64,000 nucleotides of DNA, taken from the NCBI GenBank assembly GCA_964599625.1, contig CAZRGC010000002.1, positions 71,883 to 135,882 on the forward strand, read 5' to 3'. This stretch comes from an uncultured Gammaproteobacteria bacterium. Its GTDB lineage: Bacteria > Patescibacteriota > Microgenomatia > UBA8517. The position numbers and the translations under genes are program-made. Shown here piece after piece: positions 19,191-32,900 of this stretch. The notes below the pieces were generated by a model, which was not told the origin of the DNA, searched no databases, and saw only the letters and a program-made list of their open reading frames with translations. Numbering within the stretch: the first letter of the stretch is position 1; each line of letters begins with the position of its first letter.

Positions 19191-19570
19191 TTTGGTTGAT
19201 AGGGGCCTTGTTTTATTTCCATTATTTCCGTATTTTTGTAGAAAGTTACTGAATGTGTTACCTCCATTATCAGCACACTATCGTCTCTTTTAAGTGTCTT
19301 TTCCTCAATGATACCGCCCCTTTTGTCGTAAAAAGTTATTTTAAGCTTTCCTCTTTTAATAATCAAAATTTCGTAAACAGGAGTTTTACTTTTTGACCAG
19401 ACTCTCTCGTGTCTGTGAGGAAGATTGGACTTCTTGACGCCTGATTTGTGAAACCCGATCTGTAGAAATGATGAATTTGGCGTAGGAAAGTATGGAGTGT
19501 TTTTGGGAAATCCTCTGAAAATTATTGCCACCTTTTTTGAACCGGCAAAGATATATTCTTCTTTGTACAT
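19187..19570 (-). CDS. Cupin-fold protein (WbuC-like / sugar isomerase-like)
   Basis: PHRH...YEILIIKRGKL...THS...EIKQGPY. Confidence 0.7.
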   Translation of the reverse strand: MYKEEYIFAGSKKVAIIFRGFPKNTPYFPTPNSSFLQIGFHKSGVKKSNLPHRHERVWSKSKTPVYEILIIKRGKLKITFYDKRGGIIEEKTLKRDDSVLIMEVTHSVTFYKNTEIMEIKQGPYQPK

Positions 19571-20295
19571 TATTTTTTTTGAGCCAAAATAATAACTGAG
19601 CTGCCAATCGGTATGTCTACATAACCAAAAATTATGGATTCAAGTTTTATTAAAACCTTAGCAATATAGTTAAGAACAGCGTTAACTTCTGACACGTCAG
19701 ATGTATGCGGCTTGAGTATTTTATCCAGTATTAGCCTTTTAAATGCAATTGCCGGGAGAGTACTCATAAATATATAGCTGGATCTAACTATTTCAAAATT
19801 CTGAGATTTAACGATTTTTTCCATTTGGGTAAGGGTATACCGGGTTTTTCCTTGTGTGTGGGTGTCGTGTCTGCCGGCTAGGATGGGAAGGGCTGAGTCT
19901 GTTATAAGAACTAGGCCATTTTTTTTGAGAACCCTGGATACCTCTTTTATGACACGTTTTTCGTCTTTTACGTTTTTGTGATAGAGAACATCAAATAATG
20001 TAACCAAGTCAAACTTATCTTCTTTTTGAGGTATTTTGGCAATATCGCTTATGAGTATTTTTACACCTCTTTTTTTAGCAAAAATTGCAGAATATCGTGA
20101 TTTTTCTATACCAACGACGTCACCATATTTTTCAAGATATTTAGTCATGCCCCCAGTACCCGATCCCAGATCGAGTATTTTTATATTACTTTTGAGCCTA
20201 TTTTTCAGAATTGCCTCAACAAACATTCTTTTCCCCAAAAACCAGAAGTGTTTATCTTCGATGTCAAACATTATTTTGTACTCTCTGGAGTTCAT
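19570..20295 (-). CDS. Class I SAM-dependent methyltransferase
   Basis: EDKHFWF, ILDLGSGTGG, FDLVTLFDVLYH, RVLKKNG; ATG 20295 lies 7 nt below TATAAT. Confidence 0.9.
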   Translation of the reverse strand: MNSREYKIMFDIEDKHFWFLGKRMFVEAILKNRLKSNIKILDLGSGTGGMTKYLEKYGDVVGIEKSRYSAIFAKKRGVKILISDIAKIPQKEDKFDLVTLFDVLYHKNVKDEKRVIKEVSRVLKKNGLVLITDSALPILAGRHDTHTQGKTRYTLTQMEKIVKSQNFEIVRSSYIFMSTLPAIAFKRLILDKILKPHTSDVSEVNAVLNYIAKVLIKLESIIFGYVDIPIGSSVIILAQKK

Positions 20296-20322
20296 CAACT
20301 GGATTATATATCACCCCGAAAC

Positions 20323-20844
20323 TTAGTAATAGCAAACTCCACCACAGCAATTCCCAGGGTTATAGGCATTGATATCCTGACAGTCGGCTGTCGAAGCAGA
20401 CTTCATGACACCAAGTCTTCGGAGCCCCGGGCTTGAAGCTTCAAAGAAAGTAAAGTCTGCCGCCCAGCCGTCGGCATCGAAGTCTGCAACAAAGATTGGT
20501 GCTCCTGTTTTGATCAGTCCGCCGCTTTGGATTGCGACAGATCCGCCGCTCATGGTAAGCGACCCAACCAGAAGCGAGCCTGTTGAATTTATTGTAACGG
20601 AACCGTTACTTAAAAGGGAAAGGGAGGCTGTGTTAGATGTCGAAACTTCGTTTCCGTTTGCATTGTCAACCCCTTCTTTAGTGGATATTGTGCAGGTAGT
20701 TGACCAACTGACATCTTTGTTGTTGACAGTCATTGCTGCGTTGAAGTTGCAAGCCGCGAACGAATATTGAGGAAAAGTAATACAAACAGTTTCTAACAGA
20801 ATGAAGAGAAATATAGACCTTAATGTTTTTTTAATAATATTCAT
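20323..20844 (-). CDS. Secreted hypothetical protein with DxDxDG...DCxD..PG motif
   Basis: Signal peptide ending SFA|A; own promoter upstream; C-terminal Cys cluster. Confidence 0.75.
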   Translation of the reverse strand: MNIIKKTLRSIFLFILLETVCITFPQYSFAACNFNAAMTVNNKDVSWSTTCTISTKEGVDNANGNEVSTSNTASLSLLSNGSVTINSTGSLLVGSLTMSGGSVAIQSGGLIKTGAPIFVADFDADGWAADFTFFEASSPGLRRLGVMKSASTADCQDINAYNPGNCCGGVCYY

Positions 20845-20868
20845 TATATCGAATATTGGAATATATTA

Positions 20869-20897
20869 AATTTAGACCTGTTGAAAAGTGAAGTCAA
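20869..20897 (-). promoter_or_regulatory. Sigma70-type promoter for 20844 gene
   Basis: Minus strand TTGACT-17 nt-TAAATT. Confidence 0.55.
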
Positions 20898-20913
20898 TAG
20901 TTTGTATTAGTGA

Positions 20914-23900
20914 CTATTCTGTTTGAACTATCCACCAGTTGAAGTTGGTGTCTTCGGGAATTGGTGAGGTGAAACCGACCTTGAAATATCCGTTGCCTTT
21001 CTCTTTTATATAAAGCACGTTGTTTTGGGTATTGGATGTTGGCGTTATATAAACGAATGTGTAGTCGTTGACCTTGGGATTTCTTATTGTGATATCTGCC
21101 GAATTTGCCGGAAGCACACCTTTTCCAACAGTGGAGTTTGTGTGTATCTCGCCGTTTACAACTGCTGAATTTGTTGCATCTTGTGCACCTGCAACTATTA
21201 TTTGGGAAACATTCACGCTTGCGAAAGTTGCGCTTCCCGAAGCGTCAATTGAGGATACTTGATTACCCGATATGTCTTTGACGGCCAAAGTTGAAGTGGA
21301 AACTGTTCCGGCTACATCCAAGTTTCCTGCTATGGCAACGTTGCCGCTGGTATCTATTGTTACCAACCCTGCCATTATTTCAACGGGGGCGAGCGCCAGG
21401 TCCTGAATCTTCAAAGGCTCTGAAAGTGTGTTAATTCCGGTGGACGCAATTACCAAATCGTTACCGATTGTTGCCGTTTGTGTGACGGATAGTGAATTGA
21501 GAGCTGCCTGATTTGTGACATACAGGTCTGCTGTTGCCAATTGTCCAAAAGAGCCGGAGGCTGTGGATGTTGATGTGTTCCAGTTTTGAGATTCTGACAA
21601 CAAAGCCTGGTCTTCTTGTACTTGAGTAAGTATATCTCGGATTTGATCGAGGTTTTCTGAATGGATGTTTCTGGCATATAGCTCTCCCGAGAAGGTGGCA
21701 TCGCCCGTGCTTGAAATTGAAGCAACCTCTTCGTTTTGGGCATTTGTTATTGCCAGCCTACCGCTTTCTGTGGCTGATCCTATTTGGACTGTTATGTCTG
21801 TTTCTTCAGCAAGAGGGGCTATAAGTTTTGTTTTAAAGTCGGGTGCGATAAGACCCATCGAGATCAACATGTCTTGGGCTGAAATCTGTGTTGCGTTTAT
21901 TGTTTGTGTTGCTATTTCCTCTGCTTGAAGTGCGCCGGTTTTAATATTCGCTGCGACAAAGTTGCCGATTGACTCAATTCCGTCGATTACCTGTCCGGAT
22001 GCGTTTTTGAGTGAGTATGTGGCAATGCCCATTCCGTCGGATACTTTTTCGATAACAAAGTCACCCAGACGGGCGGCTTGTATGTTTTCTGCAAAGTTTG
22101 TAACTATATCAGCATTATTTATGATGAATCCTGCCACACCCTCGGTTCTGGTATTGAGCCAATTTGCCGCATCAAATCTGGGACCTGTCAGTCTATAAGA
22201 GATTTGTGCAGGCATGGCTGAGTAAATGTTTACTCTTTTATTTGACTGGTCAACTTCATACCAAGTTTTGGTTGGGAAGTTGGGTGTTAAAAGTGCTGTC
22301 AGTTTTCCAATGTTTTCGTTCATATTGGTTGTCTTGCCGAAAAGCCACAAGTCGCTTCCTTCCGGTTGGGCATTGAAGTCAATTACTGTTCGATAGCCAA
22401 CACCTGGTAGATATTCCGTAGTCTGGGTTGAGCCCGATACTTCTTCTTTTACACCAATCATGCTCGCAAGATATGTTGCATATTTTTTACCATTAATTGT
22501 GTAAGGAGGGTCGACGGTTCCAACGTCAATTTTTCCTGTTCCGCCGCCGACTGTTAAGTCTGTTCCCGAATTGTCTCCCAAGAACACATCTCCATTGGTG
22601 GCTACTCTGAATCTTAGAACGCCACCAGCTGATGCAACTATCAGGTCTCCACCCTTGCCGTTATTGACCGCCAGTGCCGGCTCACCAACGTTTGATTGAT
22701 TGTCTATTACCCAACTTCCTGCAGATAGGGTGTTTTCCAAGGCTGAAGTTGTGGCACAGGCTGCTCCAGATTGACCGGTACAGAGAACTATTGTTGCTGT
22801 TCCGTTGGTGTTGTAGATATTTTTACCGTCAAGATAAAGACCTGTGTCAACTTCCAGGTTGCCGTTTATCAAAACATCACCGGCGGTGGATAAGGCATGG
22901 TCGCTTGTTGTATCCGCTGTTGAAAATCTTGAGAATGTTCTGGTTGTGAGGCCTGTGACTGTTCCCACCAAAAGGTTCTTGGAGACCCCCAAAACACCGG
23001 CTGTTCCTGCATCGTAAAGTTGTGCAAGAGTGTTTGTTCCGTCAGTGAGCGATAGTGTTCCACCGTCACCAATTGTAATTATTGGTGAAGTATCGACAAG
23101 TGCTATGTCGGTATCCCATCCTGATCCAATTGAGAGTGCTGTTTCTGTTCCCGCACCTGCTCCTGAAAGATTTGCAATGTTGATACCGTATTCAGTGATA
23201 CCAGACCCGGCCGAGGCAGGGCTAACTTTGAGTCCGGAGTATGCACAAGTGCCACCTGTACAACCTGTGAGAGTTGGCGCAGAAACGTTGAACATGTTAA
23301 ATTCTTTTGTGCCTGTCGCTCCTGTTGTATTCAAAGTACCTGTGATATTTAGGCCATTAACAATTGAGTTTCCGGATGTGTTTGAAGATGTGTTACTTAA
23401 TGCAAGATTTACCAAAGACCCAGTGTTAGCGGCTGTTTGTGTATAAACTGCAGAGTTAATATCTATGACGTTGCCTGTTGTTAGGGCATTGCTAGCAACT
23501 ATATTAAATAAGTCTCCGGTTGTGAGATTTGCAGAATCCGTATATGTCATAGCATTGGCTGATGTTGATGGTCCAAAGTAGTTGTAGGTAAAGTTGCCGT
23601 TTGAATCAACCGACATTGCCGGGGTTTGGATAACCTCGCCTGTTGTTGTATTGGTAATGTTGTTGTAGTTGTTGTAGACCTGGAAGACATTATTAACAGT
23701 CACAGCGTTTTTGGTTTGGTTGGGGCTTGTGAGAGTTGCCAAGGTTGAATAAAGCGAAGTATTGGTTGTTTCCATCCAGGCTTGGTTATTGCCACTGCCG
23801 TCGATTCCTGCAATAGAAAGCGTTGCCTTTGTGTCACAGGAAGATGATCCGGAGTTATAAGCGATGCAGGGGAATCCTGCTACTGACAGCGATATTACGT

Positions 23901-26900
23901 CATTAGCTGAGTATTGAGTGCTATTGTCGGAATCTTTGGTTGTATTGGCTGTATTGTCGTAAAGATCCACTGCTGAGTCGCTGTCAATTCCAACAACGGT
24001 GACGCCACCTGTGTTGCCGGAAGCATCATTTATACCTGCATAAATAAATTGGGAGCCGGAGTCAATGCCAACCGACATGACTCTATTGGAAGTTGAAGTT
24101 CCACCCGATGCGTTACCCATAAGTCTTTGGTAGTTGTCGGCCGTTACGTTTGCAATGGCAGAAGCATTGTGGCTGCTTAATGCTCTTTGGCCAACCTGGT
24201 ACATTTTCTTTATCTGTGAGACTGTCATAGCTTCAGCTGTTATGGTCAACTCATCCAAATCTCCGTTCCAGAAGTTAGCCCCTGTGGCACAAGCTGCACC
24301 CGTTGAACAATCTGCGCCAACCCCCAAAATAACTCCTGTTCCTGTGAGTGTTCCCGTTGCCGTTAGAGATACATCAGACGCTGCAAGTTCGCCGTCTATA
24401 TACAAGTAGATTGCATTTGTGGAATCTTTTACAGCAACCAGGTGGTGCCATGAATTATCCAGAAATGTTCGTGATGTTGTAGCTTGGTCGTCTGTTGGAT
24501 CGGCGTTGGTCCAGGTTGCATCGTCATCGATACCAAAGGTTATTGTGCCGGCAGAATTCATCCAGATCTTCCATCCCAAAACCGCAGCAGGGGTGGTGTT
24601 ATAAGTATGGTCAATTATCACGTCATCGTTGGGTGCTGCCGGGGGAGCAGACACCGAATGTTTGAACCAAGTTGAGACAGAGAACGAACCCGTGCCAAAG
24701 TCGTAGTCAGAATCTGTATCACAGGTGTTGTCGTTGTTGGCATCAGAACAGAAGAAGTCATCTGTGTTGTCGAGTGTTACTCCGGTTCCACGGACGCCGC
24801 TTGCGTATGTAAAACCTGTTCCGTTAGCGTTGTCAGCATCAAGCACATTGCCTTTTACCGAAACATCGGTTGCGTTTGCGTTGTCAGCTATTGTTCCACT
24901 TCCGTTGAATGTCCATGAGCCTCTGATGTCTCCAATCATTTGCTCGGAAATGTAACTGCTATTGTAATACTTTGCACTTCCGTTACTTTCATCACCCTTT
25001 TTGTCATCAATAACTGTAAGTCCTCCATTGTGGCCAACGAAGATGGTGTCACTTTTTCCGTCTATCTTTGAAGTTCCTGTGGTTACCGCAAGATCTGATG
25101 GCGATACATTTATTGTTTGTGCGGAGGCAAAAAGATATGGCCCTGCAACAGCACCTGCGCCTGCAATCTTCACACCCGTTTCATCCCAAACATTGTCAGG
25201 GGTTCCATTCAATTCGCTTGCTGAGTCTGTTACAACACTGTTCCATCTTTCCAATTGTTGTGAGGTTTCGTTGAGGGCATACATATCACCTGTTTGTGAA
25301 ATTAAGGCAGTGTTGTAATCATCATTTGTGGCGTCTGAATAGCTGTACACAACATTGTCGGTTTCGTTAATGACTGATACTCCTGTGTCAGTTGCAACAG
25401 CAACATAAGTTTTACCTCGATATGTTCTAGCGTGAACATCATTAGCTGCAGAGTCTGCAATCGGGGATGAAGGACCAGATGTCCAGGTCACAGTCGTGTT
25501 TCTGTTCGCAATGTTCTTGTCGCTGTAGAAGTCGTTGGTTGAGTTGAACTTTTGTGCTCGATCTACTTTGAAGTCAATTACAAACAGTGCACCCGATGAA
25601 CTGTTGGCTGTGTAATAAATTTTTCCGTTCAAACCAAAGGTGGATGATCCAGTTGACGATGTCGTTGCGCCAATCATTTGCTCGGTTACACCGCTACCTT
25701 TATCAAACTCCATCCATAAACTGTTATCTTTTGCATCATAAATATATAGTGCGGTAGTAGTAGATACCAATATAGCCTTTTCCGGGAATTCGCGCCTGGA
25801 GCCTCTCGTTGCACCAGATGCTTCGTTGTACCAAGAACTTCCCTTGGCGCGCTCATCGTTTCTCCATAGACCTCCATCCGGGTCTTGGGTTGTGTCGTAT
25901 ACGAAAGTATCAGTAAGGTTTGCTATTTGTGTCTGATCTTTTTGACCGGCAATGTTTGTATCTTGGTCGTTCCATGCAAATGCTGTTCTATTGTCATCTG
26001 ATCTCATTGCCAAGAAGTTTCCGCTGGTAAGCCCAAGTCCATATATCGTTGTAATATCACTTGTGTCACTACCGCTTGTGACTATTAAATTTGTTGTTCC
26101 AGTTTCACCACCAATAGCAACATTGTTTGTGCCAGTACCACCTGTTGATATGTTTACCGAATTGTTTCCTGTTCCAGTTGCTACGTTGACAGTGTTGTCC
26201 CCGTTTCCTGAACCTATGTTGATTGCGGAGTAGTTTCCTGATCCGTTTCCGATATTTAGTGCTGTTGTGGCTGCGCCTCCAAGTGATAGGGAAGTTGCAT
26301 TTGTGTTGAATATGGTTGCAGGACCTGATCCTGTGGTTGTAATGTCACTTCCGTTAACAGCCAAGTCTCCATTAGCGGTAACATTTCCGGATGCGTCAAC
26401 AATAAACATTGTTGCCAAAGAATTTGTGGCGTATATAAAGTTGCCTGTGAACGAACCACCGCCTGTGTTATCGAAATCAAATGATAGTCCGTTGCCAGTA
26501 AAGTTTGCAGGGCCGGCCTGTCCAAGTTTGATGATATTTCCGGAGGTTATTGCCGAAGCTGTTGCTTCAAAAATATTTCCTGTTGTAACAACTGTTGAGT
26601 TGATCTTGGCAATGTCCCCAATTGCGTTTTCGATTCCAAACACTTGGAAAGCAGATCCTGTTGCGTTTCCACCAACCGTCAAATCATAGGTGGAATTGGC
26701 AGGGGAGAGAACTTTGTTTGCAAGCTGCCACCAACCTTGTGTTCCGGATGTTGCAGTTGTGGTAATTGCCCCAGAACACGTGAGGTTTCCGTTTGCGCCG
26801 TCCATTGTACAACCCGTATCGCCACTGCCACCTTCAAACACTATAGAAGCCGTTCCGCTTCCTGTTGGGCCTATATTTAGTGTTGTTGCGGCTCCAGCAA

Positions 26901-29900
26901 AGTTAAGTGTTGTGGTTGTTGCGTTAAGCAGAGAGAAGCTGGTCTCGTCTGTGGTTATGGAGGCACCATTCACAGCTAAGGCATTGTTTACAGTTGTTGT
27001 TCCGCTACCCGCACCAATTCCTAAAGTTGATGCATTAGTGAATAGGTTTGCAGTAGTTTGAGTTGTTGTCAGATCACCCCCGTTGACTGCAACATCACCT
27101 GTACAAGTTAAGTTTCCAGTGGAGTTGGCAATTGTACAGCCAGTGGAAGCGCTTCCGCCTGCAATTTCCACATCTCCTGCAGAAATATTGTTCAATTGAA
27201 GTGCTGAAGAGTTACCTGAATCAAGTCTTAAGATGCTGCCTGATTGGCTATTGGATATTGAATGAATACCTGTTCCTGTAAAAGAAATTCCCGCTGCGGC
27301 TCCGGTGAATGTTTGTCCTGTTGTGCCCGCCAAAGAAACGTTACCCGTGGAATCAACTGTGTAGTAGGTTGTGCCAGAGTTATCAAATCTAAGGAAGTTG
27401 CCGGAGAAGTTCCCGCCTCCAGCATTATCAAGATCTGCAAAGATTGCATTTCCCGAGAAAGCGTGTCCGTCACCACCACTACCGAGTTTGACAAGGTTAC
27501 CTGTTGTTATAGCAGAGGCTGTGGCCTCGAAAACGTTTCCAGTTGTAATGACTGATGAGTTAAGCTTTGCAATTCCACCGTTTGTGTTTTCGATGCCGTA
27601 TGCCAAGAACTTTGCAGACGAGGTTGAGTTACCACCCACAACAACATCGTATGTTTGATTGGATGGGTAAAGTGTCTGATTTAAAAGTGCCCAGTGGCTT
27701 GCACCCGCAGGACAGTTGGCACCACTACTGTCACAGACTGCAAATCCGTTTTGTGTGAAGGCGTTGGCATACACATTATCCCAAGGAAGAGACCCACTTC
27801 CCAAATCATTTGTTCCTGTTGTTGTTATCGGAATCAAGTCGACATCCTGTGCCACTCGGCCTGTGAATGTGATTGTGTCTGTAATTGCATCACCAAGTGT
27901 AGTGTTTCCGTTAACTGACAAGTCTCCTAAATCTGTAACGTTTTGGTTGTTGCCTGTGATGGCACCTGTTAATGTAAGCGCTCCCAATCTAAGTGTTCCG
28001 GAAGATGCCGTAATGTCGTGATTGCCGGCACCAGTAGCAAAAGTAAAATCAGAGTCTGCACCTGTTAGTGTAATTCCTGTCGTGCCTGTTGAAGATATGT
28101 TGCCATTAGCATCAATCTGGAAAGCGTCACCTGTTCCACTTGTTAAAGTTCCTGATATATCCAAATTTCCTGTAACGTTTGTGTTGTCTTGAAGTTCGAT
28201 AGTTGAACCTGAAACCAATATAACTTGATCAGAAGATGTCAATGTTAAGTCATTTCCTGCTCCGTTTGCCGTAACGTTAACAACCGATCCCTGCAGGGTT
28301 GTTGTTTGTCCTGTTGCGCCAATCACCAAAGCTCCGCCTGGTGTAATATTGAGTGCCCCGGATGATGTTATATCACCGCCGTTTATTGCTGCATCTCCTA
28401 ATGTAGAAATGTTACCTGCCGAATTAACAGTAAACTGTGTTGCGCCTGCATTATCAAATCTCAAGAAGTTTCCTGTAAAGGAACTTCCACCTGTGTTGTC
28501 AAAGTCCATAAATATTCCGTTACCTGTGAAATTTCCATTGTCACCACCTGTGCCAAGCTTTACCAAATTTCCTGTTGTTATTGCACTGGCTGTTGCTTCA
28601 AACACGTTTCCACTTGTGATTACTGTTGAATTGAGTTTGGCAATATCTCCTGAAGCTGTCTCTACACCAAACACCTGGAAAGCAGAACCGGTTGCAGTTC
28701 CTCCGATTGTTAAGTCGTAGGTTGAGTTGGCGGGGGAGATTATTTTGTTATTGAGCTGCCAATAAAGGCTTCCTGCTGGACAGTTGTTGCCGCTTGCGTC
28801 ACAGACCCCAAAACCGTTTTGGGTGAATGCTACTCCGTAAACGTTGTCCCATGGAAGTGACGCGCTTCCCAAATCATTTGTTCCTGTTGTTGTTATCGGA
28901 ATCAAGTCGACATCCTGTGCCACTCGGCCTGTGAATGTGATTGTGTCTGTAATTGCATCACCAAGTGTAGTGTTTCCGTTAACTGACAAGTCTCCTAAAC
29001 CTGTAACGTTTTGGTTGTTGCCTGTGATGGCACCTAAAAGAGTAAATGCTCCAAGTCTGAGTGTCCCAGCTGTTGCTGTTATATCGTGATTGCTTGCGCC
29101 GGTTGCAAAAGTTATATCAGAATCTGCTCCTGTAAGGGTGAGCCCTGTTGTGCCTGTTGAACTCAAATTCCCATTTGCGTCAACTTGGAATGCGTTACCA
29201 GTCCCGCTTGTTAAAGTTCCTGATACATCCAAATCTCCTGTTATGTTTGTGTTGTCGACTATTTCTACACTTGTTCCCGCGTTAAGGATTATTTGATCTG
29301 CTGACGTTAAAGAAATGTCATTTCCGGCGCCATTTGATGTAAGGCTTGCGGTTGACCCTTGCAGTGTAATTGGTTGGGTGGTTACTCCGGCAACCAGTGC
29401 TCCTGTGGGAGTGATATTCAAAGCACCCGATGATGTTATATCACCGCCGTTTACTGCAACATCACTTGCCACAATGTTTCCGCTTGAATCAAAGTGGAAT
29501 GTTGTTCCTCCGCCAACGGAATAACCTGCAGAATTCTGCAAATACCCCGACACCCCAGTTAATGAATTTGAATTGGGGAGTGTGAATGTTCCTGTTGCTG
29601 TTAAGTTGGCTCCATTTGCAGTGAGTGCTACACTTCCTCTTGAGTTAATTACAACATTTCCTGTTTCTGATCCGCCAAGTGTCAGGTCCGACATGTTTGT
29701 TGTTGCTAGATTGCCGTTGCCTGTCAGGTATGTTGCAACGTCCGCAACTGAACCAGAAACAGAAGCTGTTGGAACTCCTGAGGCCACATTTATAAATGCG
29801 AATTTAGCGGATGAGGTTGCATTGGAACCAACCAAAAGATCGACGGTGTTATTTACATTGTAAAGCGCCCCTAGTGCCTGTGCCCAATATCCTGCACCTG

Positions 29901-32900
29901 CTGGACAGTTATTGCCGCTTGCGTCACAGACCGCGTTTCCGTTTTGGAACAGATTTACTCCATAGATGTTATCCCAAGGAAGTGAGCCAGACCCCAAATC
30001 ATTTGTTCCTGTTGTTGTTATCGGAATCAAGTCGACATCCTGTGCCACTCGGCCTGTGAATGTGATTGTGTCTGTAATTGCATTACCCAGAGTTGAATCT
30101 CCATTGAGAGTGGTGTTGCCGGTTACGGATAGTCCGTTATTAACCGTTGTTGTTCCGCTACCTGCACCAATACCAAGTGTTGATGCATTAGTAAATATGT
30201 TTGCAGTAGTTTGAGATGTTGTTAGGTCACCACCGTTAACGGCAACGTCGCCTGCTGCGGTAACATTCCCTGAAGAATCAACAGTAAACACGGTACTTCC
30301 TGAGTTATCAAACCTCAAAAAGTTACCTGTGAAGTTGCCACCACCCGCATTGTCAAAATCCATAAAGATTCCATTACCAGAAAATGCATGCCCATCTCCA
30401 CCAGTCCCAAGTTTAACCAAGTTGCCTGTTGTTATCGCACTTGCTGTTGCTTCAAACACATTTCCTGTTGTTATTGCACTTGAGTTTAGTTTTGCTATAT
30501 CTCCACCAGCATTCTCAATTCCAAACACCTGGAATGCAGCACCCGTGGCATTTGAACCAACCGTTAGGTCGTAAGTTGAATTAGCAGGGGAGAGAACTTT
30601 GTTTGCAAGCTGCCACCAGCCTTGGGTTCCACTTGTTGCAGTTGAGGTGATATTCCCCGAACAGGTAAAGTTGCCTGTTGTTCCGTCAAGCGTACAACCT
30701 GTATCTCCACTTCCACCGGAGATTGCTACTAATCCACTGGAACCTGTTGGCCCGATATTTAGTGTTGTTGCGGCTCCTGCAAAGTTGATTGTTGTTGCAT
30801 TGGTATTCAAAAGGTTGGCAGTTCCTGCTGTTGTTGTTATATTTCCACCGTTTGCAGCTATATCATTGGCAACTATATTACCGCTGCCGTCAAAACGGTA
30901 GGTCGTACCTCCGCCAACCGAATAACCTGCCGAATTCTGTATATATCCTGAAACACCTGTCAGAGTATTTGAATTGGGGAGTGTGAATGTTCCTGTTGCT
31001 GTTAAATTAGCTCCGTTTGCAGTGAGTGCCGCTGAACCTCTGGAATTTATAACGACATTGCCAGTTGTTGATCCACCCAAAGTCAGATCCGACATGTTTG
31101 TTGTTGCCAAGTTTCCGTTGCCCGTCAGATATGTGGCTACATTTGCCACTGAACCTGCGATTGTTGCAGTAGGAACTCCAGATGCAACATTTGTGAATGC
31201 AAACTTTGCGGATGTTGTTGCATTTCCCCCTATAAGAAGATCTGTCGAGTTGTTGGTTGGGAAGAGTGCTCCCAGGCTTTGATTCCAGTAACCGGCTCCT
31301 GCAGGACAGTTGGCGCCGCTTGCGTCACAGACCGCATTTCCGTTTTGTACAAAAGCATCGGCATACACGTTGTCCCAAGGAAGCGAACCGCTTCCCAAGT
31401 CATTTGTTCCTGTTGTTGTTATAGGGATTAAATCGCTGTCTTGTGCAACACGACCTGTGAATGTGATTGTGTCTGTGATTGCGTTGCCGAAGACTGAATC
31501 TCCGTTAAGGTTTGTGCTGCCTGTAACACTTAATGCGTTGTTAACTGTTGTTGTTCCGCTACCTGCACCCAAACCAAGTGTTGTTGCATTCAAAAATACG
31601 TTAGCTGTTGTTTGATTAGTTGTAAGGTCGCCCCCGTTTACAGCTACATCACCGGCCGATGTTAGATTGCCGTTTGAATCAACTGTAAACACAGTACTTC
31701 CTGAGTTATCAAATCTCAAAAAGTTACCTGTGAAGTTGCCTCCGCCTGCATTATCGAGGTCTGCAAAGATAGCGTTACCTGAAAAAGAGTGTCCGTCTCC
31801 GCCTGTACCAAGTTTAACTAAGTTACCGGTCGTAATGGCGGAAGCTGTTGCTTCAAATACGTTTCCTGTTGTTATTACTGTTGAGTTAAGTTTGGCAATA
31901 TCACCACCTGTATTCTCGATTCCAAATACTTGGAATGCTGAGCCGGTTGCACTTCCTCCGACTGTTAGGTCGTAAGTTGAGTTAGCAGGGGAGAGAACTT
32001 TGTTTGCAAGCTGCCACCAACCCTGTGTTCCGGATGTTGCAGTTGAGGTGATGTTGCCGGAACAGGTGAAATTTCCTGTTGTTCCGTCAAGCGTACAACC
32101 TGTATCTCCACTTCCACCGGAGATTACAACCGTTCCACTGGAACCTGTTGGCCCGATATTTAGCGTTGTTGCGGCTCCTGCAAAGTTGATTGTTGTTGCA
32201 GTTGAATTTACAAGGTTAAAAGATGTTTGGTTTGTGGTGAGGGTTCCTCCGTTTACCGAGAGCGTATTGTTAACCGTTGTTGTTCCGCTGCCTGCACCAA
32301 TTCCCAAAGTTGTAGCATTTGTGAATAGGTTTGCAGTAGTTTGAGTGGTTGTCAGATCACCACCATTAACTGCAACATCTCCTGAACAGGTTAGATTTCC
32401 TGTAGCGTTTGCAATTGTACAACCTGTTGTGCCGCTTCCTCCCGCTATCTCAACATCTCCGGTTGATGAGTTGTTTAACTGTAAGTTGGCGGCGTTTCCG
32501 GAGTCGATTGTGAATACGCTCGCAGAGTTTGAATTTGTTATGGAATGAGTTCCAGATCCACTGAATGTTATGTCTGCACCTGTTCCGCTTTCTGTTATAC
32601 CTGTTGTTCCTTGAACGGTAAGATTTCCGGCAACAACAGTGGAAGCGTTATTGATTGTTGTTGTTCCGCTTGTGTTTCCGATTGATATTGTTGTTGCTGC
32701 AGCCCCAATATTCAAAGCTGTTGCGTTTGTGTTGAAAACGTTTGCGGTTGATGATGTTGTTGTCAAATTTCCGCTATTGGCCGCCACATCTCCTGCCGCC
32801 GTCATGTTACCGGAGGCATCAACTGTAAATCTTGTGCTTCCTGCGTTATCAAATCTTAAAAAGTTACCGGTAAACGAACTGCCTCCTGCGTTGTCAAAAT

